Assembly (NCBI GenBank): GCA_965237525.1
Contig: CBDEFO010000008.1
Span: 1,728,001 to 1,792,000 of the forward strand
Length of the DNA: 64,000 nt
Reading direction: 5' to 3'
From: Candidatus Latescibacterota bacterium
GTDB lineage: Bacteria > Latescibacterota > CBDEFO01
The first letter of the stretch is position 1; each line of letters opens with the position of its first letter. Below the pieces are notes generated by a model. The model was not told the DNA's origin, ran no database searches, and saw only the letters and a program-made list of their open reading frames with translations. This document shows, piece by piece, positions 1 through 9,264 of the stretch. A program made the position numbers and the translations under genes.

Positions 1-164
1 TATTTGATCTTTCAAAAAAGATGGACTTTGAGCCTTATCTCTTCCCTAAACTTGTGGAGGAAGACAGGCTCTATTCGGTGATCATCCCCTCCCAGTGCTG
101 GATAGCTGTAAACGATCTTAAAGGATTAAGGGCATACCTGGAAGCTGTCGAGCGTAATGAATGA
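1..164 (+). CDS. 3' end of a probable sugar-phosphate nucleotidyltransferase family protein (partial, runs off the window)
   Basis: Frame 3 is open from the window edge: FDLSKKMDFEPYLFPKLVEEDRLYSVIIPSQCWIAVNDLKGLRAYLEAVERNE*. This resembles the DFE..lfp.L...W..v C-terminus of NTP transferases. Its TGA overlaps the next ATG (ATGA at 161-164). Confidence 0.45.
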   Translation, partial: FDLSKKMDFEPYLFPKLVEEDRLYSVIIPSQCWIAVNDLKGLRAYLEAVERNE

Positions 165-764
165 GCGCAATGGAGAAGTTGAAGGAGCAGGGTTTGACGC
201 TTCGGGATGATCGTGTAGTCCTGCATCAGATGAGTGAGGACGAATGGGACATAGTGCTGAGGTGGAACAGCGACCCTGAGGTTCTTTATTTCTCAGAGAT
301 GGAAGATGTCTCCGCGGATGGAAGATGTCTCCGAGTATAGGCTTGAGCAAGTGTAGCGGATATATCGGTCTGTATCTTGTGACGCTTTCTGCTTCATCAT
401 CGAGTTGGACGGTGCCCCCATCGGTGAGTGCTGGCTTCAACGGATGAATATAAAGCGGATTTTAGAGGAACATACGGATTTGGACTGCCGCCGAATTGAC
501 CTTTTAATCGGTGAGAAAGAGTTCTGGGGACGGGGCATCGGAACGTGTGTGATTCGCCTGTTGACAGAGTTCGGGTTTGAGAGCTAAGATGCAGATGCGA
601 TCTTTGGTTGCGATGTGGCAGATTATAATACTCGGAGCAGAAGAGCATTTCAAACGGCCGGCTTTGAAATCTATTCTATCCAGAAGCAGGATCCCAGAAG
701 TAAGGCAAACTGTTGCTGTGATTTGGTTCTTTGGAAAGAAAAGTGTCGCCAGAATCACACTTAA
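161..764 (+). pseudogene. GNAT (RimJ/RimL / AAC(6')-like) N-acetyltransferase pseudogene
   Basis: Reconstructed frame MSAMEKLKEQGLTLRDDRVVLHQMSEDEWDIVLRWNSDPEVLYF...IDLLIGEKEFWGRGIGT...DVADYNTRSRRAFQTAGF. It is broken by a 19-nt-period duplication (GATGGAAGATGTCTCCG at 298 and 317) and in-frame stops TAG 354-356 and TAA 585-587. Confidence 0.8.
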
Positions 765-878
765 GCTGAATTTTTCTTCTTGCCCTTTGCGTTTTGGATA
801 CTCGTATAGGACAGTCGTATCAAGATCAGCAAAAACTTGGGAGCTTTTGTCTCTCCAATCTGTCTTAAGGGGTGGCTA

Positions 879-1514
879 ATGTCGATCAAGAAAAAATCCA
901 ACAATACCATGGAATCGAAGGTCTACAACGAGCATTCCGTCCCGGACTCGGAACTCCTATCCAGAGTTATAGACGGAGACTTAGCCGCTTTTGATGTGGT
1001 CGTAGATCGGTATAAGGGTAGGCTCTTAAACTTTGTCTTTCGGTTCATCGGAGACAAAGAAGTGGCCGAAGACATAGTCCAGGAGACCTTCTTAAGGGCC
1101 TATAGAAAACGGACACATTACGAAGCCATAGCCAATTTCTCCACGTGGCTTTTTACCATCGCGGGGAATTTAGCCAAGACCGAATTAAGACAGCGCAAAA
1201 GGTGGAGATTACTGTCTTTAGACTGGAACGATGAGACACAGACGGGCTTCGATATAGCTGACGAGTCTTACCGCCCCGACAGGGTGACCGAATCCGAGCT
1301 CATTCAGCGGAGCATACAGAGGGCAATCGATTCCCTGCCTCTGAACTACAAACAGGTAGTCATCCTGCGCGACATTGACGGAATGTCTTATCAGGACATA
1401 GCCAAGATCGTAGGCTGCCCCGTAGGAACCGTAAAGTCCAGGGTAAATAGAGGAAGACTCAGACTTCAGAAGAAACTCAAGGCAGAGGGTAAGGACATAG
1501 GGATAGACTTCTAG
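879..1514 (+). CDS. ECF RNA polymerase sigma-70 factor (RpoE/SigW-like)
   Basis: Region 2 motifs AEDIVQETFLRAY and FSTWLFTIAGN; region 4 motif GMSYQDIAKIVGCPVGTVKSRVNRGR. ATG 879 follows a purine-rich RBS. Confidence 0.92.
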   Translation: MSIKKKSNNTMESKVYNEHSVPDSELLSRVIDGDLAAFDVVVDRYKGRLLNFVFRFIGDKEVAEDIVQETFLRAYRKRTHYEAIANFSTWLFTIAGNLAKTELRQRKRWRLLSLDWNDETQTGFDIADESYRPDRVTESELIQRSIQRAIDSLPLNYKQVVILRDIDGMSYQDIAKIVGCPVGTVKSRVNRGRLRLQKKLKAEGKDIGIDF

Positions 1515-1541
1515 CGCGCAAAAAGGAGGAAATGTAGGAAA

Positions 1542-2153
1542 ATGGACTGCAGGTTCTTTGAGAAGAAGATGGCTGACTACCTGGAAGGAAACTTGAGCCA
1601 GATAGAGGCCGAAGAGACACAAAGGCATCTGTCTTCGTGCCAGGCATGTTCCCAGAAGTTCAAAACTGTTAGGAACGTCAGATACGCCCTCAAGAATTTG
1701 AGGCGCATTCACCCCTCAATCGGCTTTAATTTTGCCCTTTACAGTAGAATTAAGCGTGAGATAAGAAAGCGTAGACCCCCGATTAAATCTATCGGGGGCA
1801 GGCCCTCGATTGAATCTATCGGGGGGGGATTTGCCGTGCGAAATGTTTCATCTCACCTTGTATCCATCCGCGCTCTTGCCTTTCTATCTGTTGCAGTTAT
1901 AGCGTTAGCTATCGTCTTTTTAACAAGAACAGACCCTGTGGTCAACAGCGACGCTATCCTTGAGACCTCCGACGCTAAAGAAATCTCGTCAGATTCTCAG
2001 ATGTCCGCAGGTTCTGCTAACTATGTTCTTAAAATAGTAGGGCCCCTGGATAAGTTAGGGGATGTCACTAAACGTGCTAAGACCCCTGCAGGGTCGGCGG
2101 AACCATCGCATCCACATCCTCAGACTACGACTGTGAAACACGTCACATTTTAG
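1542..2153 (+). CDS. Zinc-finger (zf-HC2) transmembrane anti-sigma factor
   Basis: N-terminal C..., HxxxCxxC motif (HLSSCQAC), one TM helix, directly downstream of the ECF sigma; RBS AGGAGG. Confidence 0.85.
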   Translation: MDCRFFEKKMADYLEGNLSQIEAEETQRHLSSCQACSQKFKTVRNVRYALKNLRRIHPSIGFNFALYSRIKREIRKRRPPIKSIGGRPSIESIGGGFAVRNVSSHLVSIRALAFLSVAVIALAIVFLTRTDPVVNSDAILETSDAKEISSDSQMSAGSANYVLKIVGPLDKLGDVTKRAKTPAGSAEPSHPHPQTTTVKHVTF

Positions 2154-2186
2154 CTTCTGTGGTATCTCGTAAGAAAGACACGCGCA

Positions 2187-3311
2187 GTGACTTCCTATTG
2201 TTGTAAGAAATCACCACTTTTTCCCTCCGCTCCCCCAAAAGTTCCCCGATATTTCTTGAGAGTCTCTGTCCTTTTCCTTTCGATCTTCTCATTTGTGCTC
2301 TGGTTTGTGCTCTGGGCAAACTTTCCGGCCCACGCCCAGGAGAACATCCTTGCCAAATTAGAAATGGAGATCTCCTCTATGATTGAAAAAGTAGGTCCCT
2401 CCGTAGTCAGCGTCCGCACTCAGAGAATAAGACGCGTCGATTGGCTGTCCCGACTCAGACAGGGCATCTTCAAAAGAAACAGTGTAGAATGGCAGATAGA
2501 TTTGGGCACAGGCGTGGCCCTGGACTCAACAGGGCACATCCTGACGACACAAGACGTCGTCTACGGAGCCGAACAGATCGAAATTATATCTTCCTCAGGC
2601 CGCATACGAAAAGCCTATCTTGTGGGTTCGGATAAAGAGTCCGACATCGCTGTCCTCAGGGTAGAAGAAACCAGATTCCAATCGGTCGAATTAGGAGACT
2701 CTGACAACCTTCGCCCCGGACAGTGGGCCATTATCATGGGAAACTCCCTGGGCGTGCAGGGGACCTCATTAGGGATAGTAAACGGACAGAATGAAAGGAC
2801 AGGACTCATCTACCTGACTGCCAGGGCCTGTCCCGGAAACAGTGGAGCCCCTGTCTTTGATAGCCGAGGAAGAGTCATCGGAATAGTTGTAGCTGCTATT
2901 TCCAACGGCGATATCGAATCCGAGAACAGATATTCCACCACCTCCGTCCATCCCTTGAGCTTAGCCGTTCCGATCAACACCGCCAGTAAAGCAGCCCTGG
3001 AGTTGATAGGGAAAAAGCGCCCGGAAGGCTGGCTCGGCATCACAGGATCAAGCAGTCTGGATAAAGTTCAAGGGCTCCTTGTGACCTCTGTTGAGGAAGG
3101 AAGCCCCGCTTATGCAGCCGGAATAAAGAGCAAAGACATCATGCTTGCATACAACGGACGGGAGATAGATGACATCTGGGAGCTTATGAGAAGAGTTAAG
3201 CGCACTACCCCGGGCAAGGCGGCAAAACTAAAGGTGTTAAGGGGAAAGCAAGAGATGTGGATAGACATTAAGATCGGAAGCAGGGCAAAAACAGTAGTCA
3301 GTAGAGGTTGA
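2187..3311 (+). CDS. HtrA/DegP-family serine protease with PDZ domain
   Basis: N-terminal TM/signal, trypsin-like motifs (GTGV, SDIAVL, PGNSGAP) and a C-terminal PDZ (GWLGI...GSPAYAAGIKSKD). The last codon is altered by the IS insertion. Confidence 0.88.
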   Translation: MTSYCCKKSPLFPSAPPKVPRYFLRVSVLFLSIFSFVLWFVLWANFPAHAQENILAKLEMEISSMIEKVGPSVVSVRTQRIRRVDWLSRLRQGIFKRNSVEWQIDLGTGVALDSTGHILTTQDVVYGAEQIEIISSSGRIRKAYLVGSDKESDIAVLRVEETRFQSVELGDSDNLRPGQWAIIMGNSLGVQGTSLGIVNGQNERTGLIYLTARACPGNSGAPVFDSRGRVIGIVVAAISNGDIESENRYSTTSVHPLSLAVPINTASKAALELIGKKRPEGWLGITGSSSLDKVQGLLVTSVEEGSPAYAAGIKSKDIMLAYNGREIDDIWELMRRVKRTTPGKAAKLKVLRGKQEMWIDIKIGSRAKTVVSRG

Positions 3312-4607
3312 ATATCAAATGAAATCGGTGCACCTAATTTGATCTTTGTTTAGAGTATTAGTAGATTAAGTTGAGTTGATTGTCTTAACTTTAATCTACG
3401 GAGTCCTATGGACAAAGAGAGATTGGCCGTATTAAGACAAGAAGTCAACGAGATGTATTTTAAGAAAGAAATGTCAAAGCGAGAAGTTATCAAACAAGCG
3501 AGAGTTTCCAATGATTTCGTTACGGCTTGGACTAAATCTCTGGATCAGGATTTTGCCATGGATAATCGGGGTTGGCCAAAAGGAAAAAGGCGAAAATTGG
3601 CTAAAGTTGACGAACAGAGAATCAAAGAGATTTACCATAGCTTAGAGGACGATCCTTATCAGTTCTATTCAGGAGCCACTGTTATTGAACAAGAATGGAG
3701 GAATCGATATTCTAGCACCCCTCCTCCGTCGTTGCCGACTATCGGCAGAATGCTTTCAGATTTAGGACTTTCCCAGAGAAGGAAGAAAGGTAAAAACAAG
3801 GGTGCATCTCGTTATCTTTGTTATCCAGAGTATACCATTTACTATCTTTCAGGAGGCAGAGTCCTAGAATCAGACTTTATTGGTAAAAAGTATCTTACCG
3901 GCAGAACTGAGCCGGTCAACTTCGTTGGATTTTCCTTTAAGAAAGAGCCTAAGTTAAGGTATTTTCGGCGGGTTGACGGTCAAACAGCAACTAACTTTAT
4001 CGAGAAGTGTCAGTCTTTCTTTGACAGGTTTGAAAAACCAGATTTCGTTAAGGTGGACAATTGCTCGGCGACTATTGGCAGTGTTTCAGGTAAAAGGAAT
4101 GTCAGCAAAGCAATGCAGTTTCTCTTGAAAAATCAAGTGATTCCGATATTTGCCGTTCCCAGAAGGCCCTTTTCTCAAGCATCTATAGAAGGCAACAATT
4201 CTGTATTTTCAAGGAAGTTCTGGAACAGAATTCAGTTCAAAAGCTTACAAGAAGTTGATCAGAAGTTAGAATGGTTTAATCTTTCATCACAGAGATACAC
4301 CGGCTACCGTCCACCTAAGCAAGAGAAGTCAAACGAGAAAGATTTCATTCCCAAGACCTATTTTATCAGACAAGTCAAACAGGACACAGAACAGACAGAT
4401 AAAGCCTTTATCGATGTCCTAAATGAGAAAGTATCTCTTCCCTCCTCTTACACCAACTACTTTGTCCTGGCTGAATGGAACCTAAAAGAAGAACAATTAT
4501 ACATCCATTTTGAAAAAGAACAGAAACCAAAGATTGTCGAAAACCTATCATTCAAGATCAATCAAAGATCGAAAGAGAAGTGCACCGATTTCATTTGATA
4601 AATAACC
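3306..4607. mobile_element. Complete insertion sequence (~1.3 kb), IS481-like rve/DDE type
   Basis: Terminal inverted repeats GGTTgaaTATCAAATGAAATCGGTGCAC (3306-3333) and its complement (4580-4607), with a perfect 21-bp core. 6-bp direct repeat AGTAGA at 3300-3305 and 4608-4613. Low GC. Confidence 0.88.
3408..4598 (+). CDS. DDE (integrase core) transposase
   Basis: N-terminal HTH-like region; putative DDE triad ESDFIG / KVDN / SIEGNNSVF; stop codon lies inside the right inverted repeat. Confidence 0.8.
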   Translation: MDKERLAVLRQEVNEMYFKKEMSKREVIKQARVSNDFVTAWTKSLDQDFAMDNRGWPKGKRRKLAKVDEQRIKEIYHSLEDDPYQFYSGATVIEQEWRNRYSSTPPPSLPTIGRMLSDLGLSQRRKKGKNKGASRYLCYPEYTIYYLSGGRVLESDFIGKKYLTGRTEPVNFVGFSFKKEPKLRYFRRVDGQTATNFIEKCQSFFDRFEKPDFVKVDNCSATIGSVSGKRNVSKAMQFLLKNQVIPIFAVPRRPFSQASIEGNNSVFSRKFWNRIQFKSLQEVDQKLEWFNLSSQRYTGYRPPKQEKSNEKDFIPKTYFIRQVKQDTEQTDKAFIDVLNEKVSLPSSYTNYFVLAEWNLKEEQLYIHFEKEQKPKIVENLSFKINQRSKEKCTDFI

Positions 4608-4957
4608 AGTAGACAGTAGTCAGTAGACAGGGGGTGGCAAGATTCAGTTTGATAAAGACGTATTGCTTATGCTTTTCTTCTTAGGGTTCTTGTGAACTGT
4701 CGCGCTCACTCCTGTAGAACTTCTGACCGGAATCACTTTGACAGCTAATAGCTGCCATCCCCCTCCACCCGCCACTGGCCCCCGCTTCTCTCCTGGGGCC
4801 ACCGCACTTAAGATCAAAGCCGGTGAAACTATCGAGACCCAGCTTATAGCCGTTGTCCACTGGGGAAGTTAAAGAGTGTCGAAGATTACGCCTGAAGGGG
4901 AGGTAGTAGTAGGTAAGTGAAAATTACTTAGTGAAAGCTGAATGGAGATGATAGTGT

Positions 4958-5857
4958 ATGATGTTATTCTCTCAAAGAAAAGGTATTAAGGTCAAAAATG
5001 TCTTACAGGTTGATTCTATGGACAACGAGTTGAGAACTCGTCTGTGGAATACTTTGACAATCTTTTACTGGGAGGGGGTAGCTAGTTTTACCAGACCACC
5101 TGTTTATAGTGGTCATGGAGCTGTGCGTTTCACCCCTGATCATGATAATAATATGAATGTCTTAATTAGACGATTATGGCATAACTGTCATAAGCGGCCC
5201 ATTGATACTTTAAGGGACGATTGGTCTGATACTCGTAAAGAAATGAGAAAACATTTCTTTAATTGCGAGTGGGACAAAGTCTATGACTTTATAGAATTTA
5301 TTGCTAATAATTATCCTGAGATCAACCACTATGATAAAAGCAGGTATGTAAACCCGAAATTTATGAACGCTTGTAATTCTGTCTTAAAGGAGGAATCATC
5401 CGCTTACCGTTTTGTTGGAGGGAAGATTGCAGAGATAATCTCAGAAGAAGAAATCGCTGAAATAGAAGAGGCGTTACAGACCCCAATGAAAGGTGTTAAT
5501 ATCCACATAGAGACAGCACTGCACTTACTTGCGGACAGAAAATCTCCTGATTACAGGAATTCTATTAAGGAATCCAAAAGTGCTGTCGAGGCGATTTGTA
5601 AATTAATAACGGGTGATCCTAAAGCGACTTTAGGAAAAGCCCTAAAAGAAATAGAAAACAAAGTAGGGCTACATCCTGCTTTGAAAAAAGCGTTTGTTAA
5701 TCTGTATGGATATTCAAGTAATGAAAAAGGAATACGTCATAGTTTACTGGACGAACCTAATTTGGATTCTGAAGATGCGAGGTTTATGTTAGTTTCCTGT
5801 TCAGCATTTATCAACTATCTGATATCGAAATCATCAAAAGCAGGAATCGAGTTATGA
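4958..5857 (+). CDS. AbiJ-NTD4-type domain protein, putative abortive infection / anti-phage defence
   Basis: N-terminus MLFSQRKG..LQVDSMDNELRTRLWN and WDKVYDFIEF typical of AbiJ N-terminal domain 4 proteins; C-terminal LYGYSS..GIRH motif; AT-rich compared with neighbours. Confidence 0.7.
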   Translation: MMLFSQRKGIKVKNVLQVDSMDNELRTRLWNTLTIFYWEGVASFTRPPVYSGHGAVRFTPDHDNNMNVLIRRLWHNCHKRPIDTLRDDWSDTRKEMRKHFFNCEWDKVYDFIEFIANNYPEINHYDKSRYVNPKFMNACNSVLKEESSAYRFVGGKIAEIISEEEIAEIEEALQTPMKGVNIHIETALHLLADRKSPDYRNSIKESKSAVEAICKLITGDPKATLGKALKEIENKVGLHPALKKAFVNLYGYSSNEKGIRHSLLDEPNLDSEDARFMLVSCSAFINYLISKSSKAGIEL

Positions 5858-5974
5858 GTTTCTACGGGAAATAGGTCTTTCATTGAAACTTCTCCACTCT
5901 ACCATTTATCCTCGCCACGAGGGGGTCCGAAAACCCTTCGAAAAGCTGAGTTTATCGGACCTTGATTTCTTAAC

Positions 5975-8095
5975 TTACCCCTCTGCGGGCATAAAGTCTA
6001 TCTGCTTTGATCTTCTGTCAGCTCTTACTACCTGAACTCTAAGTCTGTCGCCCAGGCGATACTTTTTTCCTGTGTGGCGTCCCACCAGCATATAGGTACG
6101 GTCGTCGAAGTTGTAGTAGTCGTCCTCCAATATCCTTACATGGATTAATCCCTCTACCATAAAGTCCTCTAATTCCACAAAAAGGCCATAGGGTTTAACA
6201 TCCGACACGACGCCCCAGTATTCCTCTCCCAACCTCTCCTCCATAAACTCTATCTGTTTGATCTTTATCGAATCTCTTTCCGCTTCTGTGGCGTCCTGTT
6301 CTCTTTGAGAGGCTATGTGAGATATCGAGGGGAGGTGCTCTACAAGTTCCTCTCTCCTTTCATCACCTAATTTTCCAGTTTGGCAATCTTTCAAGATTCT
6401 GTGGATCATCAAGTCGGGGTATCTCCTTATGGGAGACGTAAAGTGCGAGTAGGATCTATATGCCAGTCCGAAATGCCCGATGTTCACGTGAGAATATAGA
6501 GCCAACTTCATCGAGCGTAGGAGTAGCTTAAAGATCAGATTCGCCCCTTTCTTGCCTTCTACTCTCTTGAGGAAGCCCTGCACGTAACCAGGGGTAATTT
6601 TGTCTTTGAGCTTGAAATTATATCCCAGGGACTTCATAAAGGTTGCAAAGTCTTCCAATTTGGTCTCATCGGGACTGTCGTGGACGCGGTACATGAAAGG
6701 TAGGTTCAAACTTTCGGCGTGCTCTGCCACTACACTATTGGCCAGTAACATAAACTCCTCGATCAATCTGTGCGAGTCGAGCCGCTCTACTTTCCGAATA
6801 TCGAGGGGCTTGCCATCTTCGTCCAGGATAACCTTAGCTTCGGGAAGATCGAAATCTATAGAGCCGCGGCCTTCTCTTTTTGCGATGAGAATCTTGCTCA
6901 GACTTTGCATAGCACAAAGATGCTCTTTAAGCCCCAATGCCTTTGAGCCTGCATTGTCGTCATCTCCGATGATCACCGCCTGTGCCTGCTGGTAGGTCAG
7001 TCTGACGCGGCTCTTTATCACCGACTCCACTATCTGGTAGTCTTGAACGTCCCCTGCCCCGTCCAACTCCAAAAGCACGCTCATTGTCAGGCGGTCTTCA
7101 TCTGGTCTCAGGCTGCATACATCGTTGGAGAGATTCTCCGGAAGCATCGGGATAACCCTGTCCACCAAATAGACGCTTGTCCCACGCGCAAGGGCCTCCT
7201 GGTCTAACGTACTTTTCTCCTTGACGTAGTAGCTTACATCGGCGATGTGGACTCCCAAGAGAAAATTTCCGTTCTCCTTTATCTCCAGCGAGACCGCATC
7301 GTCGAAGTCCCTGGCGTCTTCCGGGTCTATCGTAAAGCATACTATGTCTCTTAAGTCGGTGCGCCTTTCTATCTCTTCGGGAGGTATCTTCAGGGGTATC
7401 TTCTCGGCGTCTTCCAGCACATCGTCGGCAAAATCTATTGGGAGGCCGTGTCCTTTGATTATGGAGAGGATATCCAAGCCAGGATCTTCAGGATAGCCAA
7501 GAACTTCGCTGATTTTTCCTTCGGGATTTAAGTGCGGCGATTCCCAGTTGACGATCTTTGCGACTACCTTCTGTCCTTCTTTTGCTCCCTTTGCGTCCTG
7601 AGGGGCGATGTAGATGTCCCTTGTGATCTTGGGATCGTCCGGATCGACGAAGCCGAAGCTTTTGTGCCTTCTGTATGTCCCGACTAAAGATTTGAGGGCG
7701 CGCTCCAACACCCGAATGACCATTCCTTCAGGGGCCTTTCGGCGTGCTCCACTCCTGTGCAGTCTGACGACTACCCTGTCTCTGTGGAGCGCTGTGCCCA
7801 TATTAATGGCATCCACGAAGATGTCGGATCCTCCCGTCTCCCGCGTTACAAATCCCGATCCGCTCTGGGTTATAGACAGCCTTCCCGTCACAAGGTTCAG
7901 ATTTTCTGGCGAGCCGTAGCGGCCTCCCCTCAAACGAACAAGTTCGCCTTCCCTTTCAAGTTCTCTGATCGATCTCCTGAAAGCTCCGTAGTCTGACTCC
8001 GGTATGCGCATCGCCTTGAAGATCTCCCTCATCTTCATGGGACGATGAGCCATATCTTTGATGTAGTTGAGTATGTCCTCTCTCAATATGCGCAT
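5975..8095 (-). CDS. rnr: Ribonuclease R
   Basis: HTH + CSD + RNB domain (TIDPEDARDFDDA, LIEEFMLLAN, HFTSPIRRYPDL) + S1 domain. Confidence 0.96.
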   Translation of the reverse strand: MRILREDILNYIKDMAHRPMKMREIFKAMRIPESDYGAFRRSIRELEREGELVRLRGGRYGSPENLNLVTGRLSITQSGSGFVTRETGGSDIFVDAINMGTALHRDRVVVRLHRSGARRKAPEGMVIRVLERALKSLVGTYRRHKSFGFVDPDDPKITRDIYIAPQDAKGAKEGQKVVAKIVNWESPHLNPEGKISEVLGYPEDPGLDILSIIKGHGLPIDFADDVLEDAEKIPLKIPPEEIERRTDLRDIVCFTIDPEDARDFDDAVSLEIKENGNFLLGVHIADVSYYVKEKSTLDQEALARGTSVYLVDRVIPMLPENLSNDVCSLRPDEDRLTMSVLLELDGAGDVQDYQIVESVIKSRVRLTYQQAQAVIIGDDDNAGSKALGLKEHLCAMQSLSKILIAKREGRGSIDFDLPEAKVILDEDGKPLDIRKVERLDSHRLIEEFMLLANSVVAEHAESLNLPFMYRVHDSPDETKLEDFATFMKSLGYNFKLKDKITPGYVQGFLKRVEGKKGANLIFKLLLRSMKLALYSHVNIGHFGLAYRSYSHFTSPIRRYPDLMIHRILKDCQTGKLGDERREELVEHLPSISHIASQREQDATEAERDSIKIKQIEFMEERLGEEYWGVVSDVKPYGLFVELEDFMVEGLIHVRILEDDYYNFDDRTYMLVGRHTGKKYRLGDRLRVQVVRADRRSKQIDFMPAEG

Positions 8096-8122
8096 AGATC
8101 ATAATAATCTGGTGAAATTGCG

Positions 8123-8242
8123 ACATTGCCTCCGCCCGATAGATTCATTCGGGGCGCTCGCAATCACTGTTTACGTGTGTCGTTCAACTGCTTGACTTCG
8201 ACCCTGGGTCATTGCGAGGGGCGTTCGCCCCGAAGCAATGTC
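8123..8242. repeat. Inverted pair of GTCATTGCGA...GAAGCAAT REP-like elements with a nested CCCGAT palindrome
   Basis: GTCATTGCGAGGGGCGTTCGCCCCGAAGCAATGTC at 8208-8242 and an inverted copy at 8123-8166 containing CCCGATAGATTCATTCGGGG. Confidence 0.75.
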
Positions 8243-8414
8243 ATCTATCTTCTGACTTGACATATCCGACAAGTTTTGTCAAGGTACTTGGTTTAAGTCG
8301 GTTCTATAGTAAAGATGAATCCCAAGTTGGATATATGTCAAGGCAAAAGTTCCCTGATTTGATTGTTTTCTTCCTTCTGCGTCAGCACAAGTTGATAGCA
8401 AATAACAAAAAGTC

Positions 8415-8443
8415 TTGACATATAGAAGTTTTATCGTTAACTT
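8415..8443 (+). promoter_or_regulatory. Putative sigma70 promoter
   Basis: TTGACA-17nt-TAACTT upstream of the creatininase/aminotransferase genes. Confidence 0.5.
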
Positions 8444-8529
8444 AAGCGGTGGACAAGGTCGGAAGTCTATGGATCAAAACATACCTTCTGGATAACCCCA
8501 TGGGCCATTTTCCGATATGTTCCCTCCGG

Positions 8530-9225
8530 ATGAAAGGAAATCTATTGCCAAACAAAAATGTGTTTTTAGGAGAACTGACGCGAAAAGAACTCAACGAAGC
8601 GATCTCGGGCGGTGTGATTAAGGGGGCAATTGTCCCGACAGGAGCCTGCGAACAACACCAAGATCACCTCGCCATGATCCATGACACTGCCAGCGTCACA
8701 GAAATTGCTAAGCGAGTTGCCATGAACTTTTACCCGCACGTTTTGGTCACGCCGACTGTTTCAATGTCAGTTTCAGAACATCACATGGATCGCGGGGGTG
8801 CGTTGACGATACGCCCTCAGATTCATCTGGAATATGTCCATGATGTCTGCCACAGTTTGAAACGACTCGGTGTTCCCAAGGTCTGTGTGCTCAACGGCCA
8901 TGGCGGAAATATGCGAAAGAGCCTGGAACCCGTTGCGCCTTTAGAGATGAAAAAGTTAGACGAACTCGGCGTCACCTACTTGACATACTGGCATGTCTGT
9001 CCGGAATCCCTTTTTGAAACGCATCTGGAATCGGATCGGGATGCGGGACATGCCGGGGAGTTTGAGACCTCCTTTGCGATGATCGCTTTCCCCCAGCGTA
9101 TCCGTTCCGATCAGATCACCTACGACAGTGCAAAACTCGCAACGATTCCCAAAGGCGGACACATCCTCAACGTTGTTGTTGAAGGCGTCACGGCGCGAGT
9201 TTCAGAGATGCTCGATGAAACGTAG
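8530..9225 (+). CDS. Creatininase / creatinine amidohydrolase family protein
   Basis: PTGACEQHQDHL..HD, SEHH, LNGHGGN and HAGEFETS metal-binding motifs. Start is ATG 8530 or TTG 8545. Confidence 0.88.
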   Translation: MKGNLLPNKNVFLGELTRKELNEAISGGVIKGAIVPTGACEQHQDHLAMIHDTASVTEIAKRVAMNFYPHVLVTPTVSMSVSEHHMDRGGALTIRPQIHLEYVHDVCHSLKRLGVPKVCVLNGHGGNMRKSLEPVAPLEMKKLDELGVTYLTYWHVCPESLFETHLESDRDAGHAGEFETSFAMIAFPQRIRSDQITYDSAKLATIPKGGHILNVVVEGVTARVSEMLDET

Positions 9226-9264
9226 TTGGAAGATTACGCCACTTTAAGTGCTCTGGAGATATGT

